Of a DNA stretch of 64,000 nt, positions 36,657 through 48,843 are shown one piece after another (position 1 is the stretch's first letter; every line of letters begins with the position of its first letter). Made by a program: the position numbers and the translations under genes. This DNA is from Mobula hypostoma (lineage: Eukaryota): NCBI RefSeq assembly GCF_963921235.1, contig NC_086097.1:186126001-186190000 (forward strand), in the 5' to 3' direction. The notes beneath the pieces were generated by a model. That model ran no database searches. It worked only from the letters and a program-made list of their open reading frames with translations, and was not told the DNA's origin.

Positions 36657-39400
36657 GTATTTAATAATACAGCAATATTTGAGAAATATTGTAAGTACAT
36701 TGTTTGATTAAGCATGCTTTACTGTTTAAATAATTAATTATAGGTTGTAGGTACGAAGTATATACTGTATGTATGAATGGCATACATCACCGTCATAAGA
36801 GTCTGCCTCACTTAAAGTAAAAACAAAACAAAGACCCATTCTCCTGAGCTTCTATTTTGCTTTTGCAATCTGTTTTATGTTTTTGGGTTACACTTAGAGT
36901 GTCAATGAGGAAGTTTTAAACATACCCAAGATGACCTGTTGAAGCACAATAAGATGTTTGAGTTAAAAAAAAGCAGAGAGAAACGGTTGTTAAAAAAAGT
37001 ACAGCATGTGCTTCTTTAGAAAAGAAGATATTCATTAAGAAAAAGGAAAAAATGACAGAAAATGGAAGAATTCACAGGTTCATAAACAGTGAGTACTAGG
37101 TGACAATAACCATAAATGTAAAATAAAGTAGAAATGGCTGAGTACCTGGAATTCGATTGCACAGTATTTTAAAGCAAAAAGAATAGCCAATGAGAAGCAT
37201 GTATCAGTTGTCTTGAGTGCTTTCAGTAGAAAAGCATACAGATTGCATTGAAGTTTGAATACTCCAACCAAACCAGTTGAAGTGAGCTCTGCTGCTATCA
37301 TTAAAGTGTAACCCTCGGTTAAGCTAGCAGCTTAATCTAGGGGAAGTTAGCCCCCGGCCTGGCCAAATATAAGAAATCCCGTTTGGGTGAATACTGTGTG
37401 ATGTGTCCCCTGTTACGAATCAGTACCATGAAATAACAAGCAGTATACAATTGGCAATTAAATGATTGAGCTTTATAATTCTTAATTTGACTATGTAGTT
37501 AGTAAAGAAACAAAAAAAAAGAAAAGGGCCCATTCTCATGAAACAGTCTAATGCACAAACGTTGGAGCTCACAGTGTCATCCATTTGTTCCCGTTGTCCT
37601 TCTCCGAGCGTAGCCGACCCTCGGACCCTCACTCCTCAGTCCACTCGGTCCAACAGTCTACCGACTCTCTCCATTTGTGCCCTCTCTCTTCATTGATCTC
37701 TGACAAAAAAACGTGAAATCCCTCTCCCAGCCACACAAGAAAGAAGAACATCCTGCTCATTGGCTAACATGCCCCGTTATCTCTAGTCATAAGCCAAACC
37801 TTGCTGCTACAGAGAAACCATTACCTTAGCCTTAGCAGTGAAACATTACAGAGAGGCCATTACATTACAGCGTGCTACAAAAGTAATGGAAGGACATTTA
37901 GAACCAAAACCATTGTTGATTGCAGAGCACTTTAGGTATCATAAGTGGAATCAAAAGGAAAGGGAATCCATTTCATTGCACATGGCTGAAATTGTCTGAG
38001 CATTGTCCATTTGGTAATGGCTTAATGATGCACTGGGAGATTGTTCAGTTTGTGGAATCTTACAATAACGCATTCAAAAAGAGTCGTTGGAATTGCTGTA
38101 TCAATGGAAACAGCATGCAGAGGTACAATTGAGTTGCAGTCAAGACTGCATAGAGAAGAACAAAAGATAAAAAGTCATGTTGCAGTTTCAAAAGGAGCAT
38201 GAATCTGCATACTGTTGATGAAAAATCAGATAATGATGAGAATGGCACTGGACTGAGTAGCCTTGAGATTCCAAATGTGAAGACTAACAAAAGACAAGCA
38301 CATGGCCTACACCAGAAGAAATCAGCAAATTCATTAAAACTGAATTGGACACAGACTCAGCAGTTTCAGTTATTCCTTAAAATGGCTTTGAATGACATTT
38401 ATAACAGTAAAATACAACTAACAAGCCATGTTGGGCTTCTATCTGGTAAAAAACACGAGGATCAGCATTGTGGAGGCGTGATTGGCTGAGACAACTACAA
38501 CTTGTTTGGAGGTCTATACACGATTAGCATACCATATCCCCTGTAATAGAGTCAACTGAAAACAAATTAAGAAAGGTACTGGATGATGCCACAATATTGC
38601 ACAAAGATGGCATTGGAAAACTCAAACATAGCAAAGATAAAATAGTGTAAAAAGAAAATACCACACCCAAGTTTTACCAAGCTCGTCTGGTTCCTTATAG
38701 CATATGTGATAAAGTAGCCAGTGAGCTAGATTGCATGGAAGTTCAAGAGATTTTTTCCAGAGTTGAGTTGAGCCAGTAGCCCAAGAAGAATGGGTCTATC
38801 ATGATCTGTGATGACAGTAAGGTCAGCATCAACACAGTACTGAAATTAGATCAATTCTATTCTGGATAGAGGGTATATTTGTAAACCTTTCTGGAGGGGA
38901 ATAGTTGAGCAAAGTGGACTTAGTTGAGACCTACCGACAGATGAAGATGGAAAGACTGTCCATCAACACTCACAAAGAGCTTTAATAGGCTTATATTTGG
39001 AGTAGCGCCTGCACCTGCACTCTGTCTGGAAGCTATGGACCAGGTGCTCAGGCAGCCAAAGTACTCAGTGTTACTTGGATGGCTTCATTGTTACCGATAA
39101 GGATGACAAGGACATCTCCAAAACCTCAAGCAGTGTTAAAAAAATTAGAAGGTTATGGACTCAGAGCACAAGCGTGCATTCTTTAAATCAAGCATTACTT
39201 ACTGTGACCATACTATTGATGCACAAGTATTTCGCAGGTGTGCGGGGAAAATTCAAGCAGTGGCGGATGTCCCAAGGCCAAAGGACCTGTCACTATTGCA
39301 GTTCTTTTACTATAAAAGGTTCCTGCCAAACATGGTTACTGTGCTCCCCTCCTTGAGCTCGTTACTACAGATTGGAAAGAAATGGCAATGGACAAAATAG
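36657..39400 (+). mobile_element. Highly degraded Gypsy LTR retrotransposon (LTR-like 5' end, gag, RT remnants)
   Basis: TGTA...TTACA segment at about 36657-36890. HLEPKPLLIAEHFRYHKWNQKE gag reading. RT remnants (aagaagaatgggtct, YLDG in place of YLDD). Confidence 0.75.
37307..37879. mobile_element. Solo LTR (573 bp) inserted in the Gypsy gag
   Basis: TGTAAC...GCTACA termini with 4-bp TSD AAAG (37303-37306, 37880-37883). The gag reading continues across it. Confidence 0.85.
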
Positions 39401-39404
39401 TTGC

Positions 39405-39913
39405 TTATTAGCAAGACAGACAGTGGGGGAGCCGTGTGTCCTCAGTTGTAGCAAGGATTCGAACTTCCGCCTGCAGGCTTGCCTGTTGCAGAAGTCCAGG
39501 AGAGGAGACACCAGAGGTGATGTAGCCTGGCATCCATGCTGGGTTGGGAGCTGGCCCCTCCTGTTGGTTTTGCCATCCATTGTTTGCTTGGTGGAAGTCA
39601 AGCTGGATTGCATGTGTGTGTGCACATGCTCGTCTGTGCACCGCTGGGAACTGTTTGTTCTTGCTGACAACACCCATGAACCATCTATCTGCAAGACATG
39701 TCACTCAGGGACTTGGGCTATGTATATAGTACAGTATATATACAGTATTTTTGTGTGACTGCATGTGCTTGCTATCTTTTATGTGCCTTGTGCTGTGTGT
39801 GATTGTTGGTTCTGTGTTTTGCACCTTGGTCCCAGAGTAACACTATTTCATTTGGCTGCTTTCATGGGTATTCATGTCTGGTTAAATGATAATTAAACCT
39901 GAACTTGAACTTG
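39405..39913 (+). mobile_element. Non-coding retroposon with (CTTGAA)n tail
   Basis: 3' end shared with 14040-14390. Confidence 0.6.
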
Positions 39914-40065
39914 AATGCAGACAAGTGTGAGGTGTTGCACTTTGGTAGGACTAACCTGGGTAGGTTTTACACAGTGAGTTGTAGGGCACGGAGGAGTGCA
40001 GTAGAACAGAGGGATCTGGGAATACAGATTCCTAATTCCTTAAAAGTAGCATCACAGGTGGATAG

Positions 40066-40720
40066 ATGTAATACTTCTGTGTTACTGGCATGATCACCTT
40101 AAAGGATGCTTGGATTAAGGAATTTATACTTATTGCATCATGCAGGTACAGATGCTCCCCCACAAATAAGCCTATTACAGAGATAAAGCCCTTTGTGAGT
40201 GTTTATGGTGAGAAACATTTGGACTCTCCTTCCATCCCTATCTGTAGCTAAGTCCACTTTCCCTCCAAAAAGGTTTGCAAATGTATCCTCTATCATGAGC
40301 AGCGGATATTGGTCGACTTTCCATACTGGGTTGACAGTGATCTTACAATCATTGTAGATCCTGACAGACCCATTCTTCTTGGCTACTGGGACCATCATCA
40401 CTTACTCAACCGAATATCTGTGTGCACACCTACTAAGTTTTTGTTACCTTCCATGAACGGTCAAAGAATAGAAAAAATAATACCAGTTAAAAAGGTTCTG
40501 AGCTGGCTACGTTTTCCTTGTGGTCCCATTTCAAATCTCCATGTCTGTTGGGCACCTCACATCCAAGTGGTCAGTTTTTTGAGAGTCTTTGCTGCCTTGT
40601 ATTTGAAGCTTCTGACTCTTATAGTGTTCCTCATCAGTTCAACTGATATATCTCCATCCTTTTGGTTTAAGGTCACCTGACCTACCTGGGTCACCTTCTT
40701 ACTGGTTCTGGTCCAGGGCT
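40066..40720 (-). mobile_element. Gypsy RT fragment, inverted relative to 36657-39400
   Basis: VPVAKKNGSVRIYNDCKITVNPVWKVDQYPL...TINTHKGLY. Confidence 0.8.
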
Positions 40721-41049
40721 ATAATTAACATTGTTTACTGGTTTCTGCTCCCCTACGCACTCCCGCGCTCCCCCACTCCCAGCCTTGTACCTTTGTTCCT
40801 TCCAACTTTGACTGGTTCAAACCAGTTAAACTAGGTGACCCAGACATGAGCCCAACAAGATTACAGATTGTTTTTCTGGCAAGCCTACCACTTTATGTAA
40901 TATACAGCTAGTCACCTGAGAATAGTCTCAAGTTTAGCAGGTCATTAACTGAAGCTCCTTGTGTCCACATTCAATTACTCTGATTAGATTCTCTCGAGCA
41001 AGAATCAGGTCAGAGTTCAGGAAAAGGTTGGGGAGGGGGATGCAGGAGC

Positions 41050-41800
41050 AGTCTCACAATGGCTGCCTCCATCTCCTTCAAGCTCATGGTGAGAACAAAG
41101 ACAATTGGTTTGTCCACTTCCATTGTCCTTGAATCATTCGAGTTCACTGATTTGTAGACTGTAGTTCTTCCTAGCTAATACTACCTATGTCATCTGTGCC
41201 AAACTGGATAATGACATCTGGATACTCACCCTCCACCTTGAGAACGTCCTGCAGCTGCTCTGTGACATCCTGGACCCTGGCACCCTGAAGACAACACACT
41301 TTCCAGTGTCCCTTTTGCAGTCACAAAATCTATGGTCTGCACCCCTTCCCCAATTATTGACTTGCCAATCACTACTGTCCTGTCTGCCTTCACCTTTCCC
41401 TGATGAATCTCAGAGCTATTCCTTCTGGTAGAGACCCAGCTACTCTAGTCTCCTCTTGAACAGTCATCCAACCCTAACAATACCCAAAATGATTTACTTG
41501 AATCCTGCACTATTTGTCTACTCACTTTTCCTTTCCTGGTGGTCACACAGTTACACAACATCTGCAAGTGATATTAAACCTGAATCTGATTGATACCTTG
41601 CGTGTGACCACCTCACTGATGCTCATATCTGTGATGTTGTTGGGATATTAGATGATCCTGAGTGAATCCGGCTCCAACTCCTTCACGTGGTCAATCAGGG
41701 GCTTTCACTGGAAATCCTTCTCACAGGTGAAGTCTTCACGGACAGTGGACATCTCCCAGATCTCCCACATCCTGCAGAAGGAGCATACCATTGCCCTACC
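41050..41800 (-). mobile_element. Degraded CR1 ORF1 (esterase) region
   Basis: Minus-strand homology to 29520-30150 (CL.GARV.DV and VIGK motifs). Confidence 0.6.
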
Positions 41801-44069
41801 TTTCATCTGATTGCTCTAAGACTTTAAGTTCAAGGCACCTTATCCATACATTTACTTACCAATGCCTCACAAGCTATAGCCTCTTAATTTACCACTCAAA
41901 CACTGGCCTCTCTCACAATGTTCACCTTTCCAGTGCCTGCTTTCCTTTTCTTGACTGCTGTGTCTCACATTTGGCCAAAAAAATGTTTTTCTGCAAAGCT
42001 CTGTTAGCCAAACAGAAAGGCTCTATTTCTAAGCTTCCCGCTGCTGCTCCACCTCCTGTTTCTCAAGACCATGAAGTAAACACAGTAATGGCTCCGCTTT
42101 GAGCTTCCGCTGCTGCTCCACCTGCTGATGCAACTGTGTAATTTGATTTCAGGCATAAAACCCATTAGCTACCCTGAGGTGCATTTGTCTGGAAATTCAG
42201 TCACAAACTGATGTTTTTATCAGCAAATGAAAATTAAATCTTTCTGTTCTAAATTGTGTCTCTCTGGAAATTTGACCAGACAATTTATTTGTGATTCACT
42301 GATGATATATTTCTGCATTAAGTGCACACCTAACAAGGTCACTCTATGTACAATGCTGTTCCAGAGTGTTGCCATTAGAAATTTAGATCATGTTGATCCA
42401 AAGTGATTCTGTCATTGGACTGTCACAACCCAGCCGTTTTCATTGCTTTTATTACGATTGTATGATTTAAAAGGTCACTCACACTTAATGTTCTGTCTAC
42501 TGCTGTCTGTTGCACAACACTCTAGAGAGAGATTGGACATTCTGAGTATTGCTGCTACTGACCACAGAGAGCTCTACTGAGCCCCAGTGCCATTTTACGC
42601 TCTAGGAGACAATTTACATCGGGGACATTGACAGTGGTCCTTTTGTGGGCAATTGTAAGTGGACATTCAAGCCTTGTGTTGGAAGAAACATGGGAAGGAG
42701 GAGGTGTTGAAGAGCTGAAGGAAGCATGTATGATGCATTTGTTATGGAGTGGAAATTTTGCTGGATCTTCATAATGAAAATGATACTCTCCTGACTGTGG
42801 TTGGAGATGACTCCTCACGTTCCATGCTACCATGTGCATATAGTCAGGCGTGTTGAACAATGCAATGACCAATAGTTATCTAGCTATGCCTCTAGACCAC
42901 CTTTCCAATGACTGAATGCTACTCTCTCACCAATCTCAACTGGCTCCACTGGAAGAGGCTCGAAATACGGATCTCTCCTGCAAAAAAAACAACATATTGG
43001 AACTATTGGTCTGCCCACCCAATCATGAAAATCCTGTGATCCATAGCAGATTTACCATTCAGTGCACCCTTTTCCCAGTGGCTGGTAGGTTGCACAGTAT
43101 GATGTCCATATAATTCATCCCCCTCCACCCCCCACCCCCACCGAGAGGCAGGGGTCTTTCTCTGCCTACTGGGAGAGAAATTGAGTTCTGGACTCATTTA
43201 AGGCAGCAGTTCAATTTAACTTCTTTTAATATTCTATTTTTGTTTGACAGGGGCTCATGGAATGAAAGCAATTAATGCTGGCTGGAATATTTAGTTTTAA
43301 AGAACTGCTCTGATCTGACTAAAGCCCAAAGAAAATTATAATAAATTGTTAAATCCAAACTGCTGAAACTCAGCAGGTTAGGCAATAACTGTGGAGGCAG
43401 AGGAATGGTTGATATTTTGAATCCTGCGAGATTCAGCTTGAGTAGTTAGGCTATATTCAAGAATGGTAGAATACATCTTTAATTCAGAGAAATCAGTTCC
43501 TGCACATCAAATGACAACAGAATAAATCATAGGTAAAGAAAAAACTGCCTGTTGTTCAAGTACACTTTTATCTTACTTTAGTTCAATTTAGATATTTACA
43601 AGATAAGGCAGATAAATCAGTCAGGATAAATAAGCTGGGCATGGAGTTAAAGAAGAAATCCTCAGGAAATTCCATATGTCTTCTTTCTAATCAATGTAGT
43701 GCTGTGTGATAAAAGGATTTCTCTTGACTCTCTGAGCATTTAGATGGGTTAGTCTGATCAGCAACTATGATTATACATCTTCATCTATAACTGTTCTTAC
43801 ACAGTTCTGAGAACCTGAAAGTTTATTTTGCAGATGAGCTTTTGATGAATTGTAACACATATAGCCTTACACTGAGGGAGGAAATTCAGCATTCAACAGC
43901 CCTCAGGACAAAACTGAGACACCAGTATTGTTGTGCTTGTGTTGAATTTGGATTTGCACACTGAAGTTGCGTAAGAATACAATAGCTATCTAATCACATC
44001 TAACACCACATTCTCCCATATGCTAGGTTCAGTAAAAGCTGTTAATATCAGTACTTTTGAAGGCCAGTT

Positions 44070-44468
44070 ATAGAAACATAGAAACATAGAAAACCTGTAG
44101 CACAAAACAGGCCCTTCGGCTCACAAAGCTGTGCCGAACATGTCCTTACCTTAGACATTACCTAGGATTACCTATAGCCCTCTATTTTTCTGAACTCCAT
44201 GTATCTATCCAGGAGTCTCTTAAAAGACCCTATCGTATCCGCCTCCACCACCGTCGCTGGCAGCCCATTCCATGCACTCACCACTCTCTGTGTAAAAAAC
44301 TTACCCCTGACATCTCCTCTGTACCTACTTCCAAGCACCTTAAAGCTGTGCCCTCTCGTGTTAGCTATTTCAGCCCTGGGAAAAAGTTTCTGACTATCCA
44401 CATGATCAATGCCTCTCATCATCTTATACACCTCTATCAGGTCACCTCTCATCCTCCGTCGCTCCAAG
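44070..44468 (-). mobile_element. CR1 3' end with (TTTCTATG)n tail
   Basis: ERRRMRGDLIEVYKMM...TRGHSFKV...FTQRVVSAWNGLP. Same subfamily as 54826-55797. Confidence 0.92.
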
Positions 44469-44774
44469 GAAAAAGGAAATATGATTATTTGTTATCATTG
44501 AACGTTACAAATAATCACTCATGGTTTGAAAAAACATTCAGTTAGAATAGTTTTTTCCTTACCACAGAGGACTATGGGATATATTCATGAAAGGTGGATG
44601 GTGTTGTCATAGTTCTAAGAGTTGAAATGCAATTCATTCGCACACAATTCTCAGCTGCTAGCTGTTAGATCATTGTAATTGAATTTTATTTTAACAAAGA
44701 AGTTCAAATCTTTGCACTTCTTAATAGAAATGAAAACTGGTCTCAGTAAAGAAGGGACAGATCAAACTATTAAC

Positions 44775-45600
44775 ATCAGAATCAGAATCATGATTATTGT
44801 CATTGACATAAATCATGAAATTTTTTGTTTTGTGATAGCAGCACAGTGCAGGCAAACATAACAAATTACAATAAATAAAAACAAACACACATACATACAA
44901 ATAAATAAACAAACAAACAAGTAAATAGTACAAAAGAGGAATAGCGAGCCAATGTTCATGGATACATTGCTGTTGTCCAGGTGGTGCAAAGCCCACTGGA
45001 CAGTGAGTGAGATTGCCTTTGCTGTAGACCTGTTGTGGTGGTAGGCAAATTGCAGTTGGTCCAGATCCTTGCTCAGGCAAGAGTTAGTTTTGGCTATCAT
45101 CAATTTCTCAAAGTATTTCAGCACATTAAATGTGAGTGCAGGTGGATAATAGTCGCTGAGGCAGCTCAGTCTGATCTTCTTAGTCCCTGGAATGATTGGT
45201 CCCCTTTTGAAGCAGGGGGAAACCTCCAACTACAGCAGTGAGAGTTTGAAGATGTTCTTGAACACTCCAGCCAGATGATTGTTATGGGTTTTCAGTGCCC
45301 TACCATTTACACCATCAGTTCCTGACACCTTGCAGAGGTTCACCTTCTTGAAGGATGTTCTAATATCATCCTTTGAGTTGGAGATGACAGGGCCACCAGA
45401 TTCTGTGGGGATTTGCAAAGGTGTAGTTTTACTGTCCCTTTCAGTGTGTGCATTAAAGGCATCCAGCTCATAAGGGAGTGAACCATCACTGTCAATTATG
45501 CTGTCAGGTTTCACCTTATAGGAAGTAATGTCATGCAAACCCTAACACAGCTGTCGTGCAGCCGATTGTGTCTCTAACTTCACACGGAATTTCTCTTTGC
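44775..45600 (-). mobile_element. Rex1/Babar-like LINE, internally deleted
   Basis: SCLSDYYPPALT, LDQLQFAYHHNRST, and a (TTCTGA)n tail at about 44775-44790. Confidence 0.8.
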
Positions 45601-46185
45601 TGTCATGATGCCCTTCTGGCAAATCAATCAGAATATTGCAGAGGGATATATTTTATCATTTGAAAATGAATGGGAATGGTTGTGTTTTTTCACCTGGAAA
45701 ACTTCAATGATAATTCCAATACAGAAGAAGGCAATTTAGTACACCTGTGCACTGCCAAAGTCAGTTCAGATTTTTTCAAGGGTAGTTTTATCATTGTTTC
45801 CCATTTCCTTTAATAGCCTTCTAATTTATTTATTCACATTTAATTGTGATGATTTCACAATATAATGATTTCAGAATAAATCATTTTATAAATAATAATG
45901 ATTTTACTCTAAATGCTAACATGCCTGAGCGCTTGTGGAATTTCATGTTAAAAGTTAAATATAATAAAATATTATTTTATTTTTTCTAGTATTATCTTTC
46001 TCTATTTACTTGCATCCCACCCTCCACAAAGTTCACCAAAGTATCCATGATTTCCATTGGATTTTGCCTTTGTATTGTCTGTAACCTGGGAGTGCACCCC
46101 AGATGACCAGGTCTACCTTCTTCAAAGTTCAATGTTCAAAGTAAATTTATTATCAAAGTACATTTATGTTACTTTATTATGTTAC

Positions 46186-48605
46186 TCATGCAATGACACC
46201 TCCAATGAGAGAAGACGGTGCCTGCTGGAATTTGCCAGTTATAACAACACGGTGCTGTCGAACACACTTGGAGAGCACAAAGCATCCGAAGATGGACCTG
46301 GCATGCCCCCAGAGGTCAACATCTCCAGATTGACTACATCCTGGTGCAAAGACAGCACAAATCTGGTGTGAACAGACCAAAGACCAGAACATTCCCAGGA
46401 GCAGACGTGGGCAGTGACCATGACCTTGTCATGATGAACATCAGGCTGTGCTTGAGAAGAATCAACAAGCCAAAACATAGCCAGCTGAGATTTGACCTTG
46501 AAAAACTGAAAGACCCTGCCATCTCTGAAGAATTTCAGGCAGCGATTGGGGGGAAGTTTGCACCAATACTCCTCTTTGATGAAGACCTGGAGACTACCAC
46601 AAATAACATTAACACAGTGATGATGGAAACAGCAAGCAAGATTCTGGGGAAAAGCCGCCGCAATTCTAACCATGGGTCACTAACAAGATACTGGATATAC
46701 GTGACACAAGAAGGAAATTGAAGAAAGATAAAAACGCAGCAGAGGGAAGAACAGAATACAGGAAAATCAACAGGATATTAGGAGGGAAATGAAGGAAGCA
46801 AAGCAAAGATGGATAGCCGAACAATGTGTGGACACTGAAGACAGTCTCTCCAACAATAACACAAAGAAGGCATCCCAACTGGTGAAAGATCTTACCAAAG
46901 AAAAACAAGCCAAAGTGAACACCATCCAAGACAAAAGTGGCAAAAGTCTCACAGAAGGAAAGGAATTAATGGAAAGCCGGATAGAGTACTGTTCAGAACT
47001 GTACAACTACCAGAGCAAAGGGGATCCAAGCATGCTGAATGTGCAGGAATCTTCCAGTGAGGATGACTATCCAAACACGCGTGAAGAAGTTGAAGCCGCA
47101 TTATGATCACTGAAATGCGGGAGGTCAGCAGGAGTTGACCACATCCCTGCTGAACTGTTGAAGCTTGGAGGAGAGGCCACGATAGACATGCTTACCACCA
47201 TCTGCAATAAGATCTGGCAGACAGGTGAACGGCTGACACCTTGGACTCAGTCGCTGATCATTGTGCTTCCCAATAAAGGCAATGTCCAACTTTGCCAGAT
47301 ATATCGTACCATCTGTTTGATCAGCCATGTAAGCAAGGTAATGCTCAGAATCATCTTGAACAGACTGAGACCTCAGGCAGAAGACATCATTGCCGAGGAA
47401 CAAGCAGGCTTCTGTAAGGGCAGGAGCAACACTGAGCAGATTTTCAACCTCCGCCCCCTTTGTGAGAAACACCTTCAGCACCAGAGAGAGTTCTACCATG
47501 TCTTAGACTTCAAGAAGACGTTTTACAGAGTCTGGCATGATGCCTTATGGGCCACCATGAAGAAATTCAACATGGGGCAGAAGCTGATTCATACAATCCA
47601 TCAGCTTTACGCCAAGGCAACTAGAGCAGTACTCGTGCAGGGCACCACTGGGGAGTGGTTCCATACTTCTGTAGGAGTCCATCAGGGCTGCCTCCTCTCC
47701 CCCATGCTCTAAAACGTCTTCCTGGAATGAATCATGAGTGTTGCCGTTGAAGATCATGCGGGCACAGTCAGCATCGGAGGGAGGAACATCACAAACCTAA
47801 GATTTGCTAACAACATTGATGGACTTGCAGGAAAAGAGGACAAACTGGCCAACCTGATCATCCATCTTGACAGAGCCTCTACAAAGTTTGGAATGGAAAT
47901 AAGTGCCGAGAAACCAAGCTCATGGCAAATGCCAATGGTGCCATCACAACAGACATCTCAGTCCATGGTCAGAAACTTGAGACAGTGCAGCAGTTCAAAT
48001 ACCTGAGGGCAATCATCAGTGATGAAGGTTTAAGACCCGAAGTCCTGGCAAGAACAACACAGACAATGACTGTACTATCCAAACTCAAGACAATATGGAG
48101 GGACAACAAAATCACCATGAAGTACAAGACCACTGGTATTCTCCATCTTCCAGTACGCACGTGAGACATGGACCCTCACAGCAGAGCTACAGAGGAAGAT
48201 ACAGGCATTGGAAATGAGATGCTATCGCAACATCTTGGGCATCTCATACTTGGACCACATCACAAACGAGCAGGTTGGCAAGACTATCCAGCACCACACT
48301 GGCTTCCATGAAGACCTTCTCACAATGGTGAAGAAAAGAAAGCTGAGATGGTATGGCCACGTAACAAGATCCAGTGGCTTTGCAAAGACCGTTCTACAAG
48401 GAACTGTGGAGGGGAAAAGAAGGAGAGGTAGACAGAGGAAAAGATAGACAGACAGCATTAAAGAATGGACAGGGAAAACATTAGTGGTGACCCAGGCTCT
48501 GGCACACAACCGCGACAAATGGAACAGACTGGTGCAAAGGTTGTCGTGACGGTGCCCCGACGACTCCATGAGGAGTTAAGGGCACAAGGAAGGAAGGAAG
48601 GAAGA
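46186..48605 (+). mobile_element. 5'-truncated RTE-clade LINE
   Basis: 10-bp TSD ATTATGTTAC (46176-46185, 48606-48615) and (GAAG)n tail. RTFPGADVGSDHDLV, YRTICLISHVSKVML, EEQAGF, GVHQGCLLSP, NLRFANNI, KRKLRWYGHV. Confidence 0.95.
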
Positions 48606-48843
48606 ATTATGTTACCATATACAACCCTGACATTAATATTCTTGTGGGCATTCTCAATAAATTCCTAATAGAATAATAACCACAATAGAATCAATGAAAG
48701 ACACACCATCTTGGGTGTGCAACCAGCCAGTGTGCAAAAGACAACAAACTGCAAGTACACAAAGGAAGAAAGAATAATAACAAATAAATAAGCAATAAAT
48801 ATCGAAAATATAAGATGGAGAGTCCTTCAATGTGAATCCATAG

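Noticed and set aside
42032..42127. About 25-bp direct repeat GCTTCC(C)GCTGCTGCTCCACCT
   Set aside because: Only two copies, next to a decayed CR1 5' region; no function can be supported.
42555..42872. 105-aa ORF, and other 60-140 aa ORFs in unique DNA such as 8655-9068 and 12963-13265
   Set aside because: No recognisable domains or consistent splice structure; lengths are compatible with chance.
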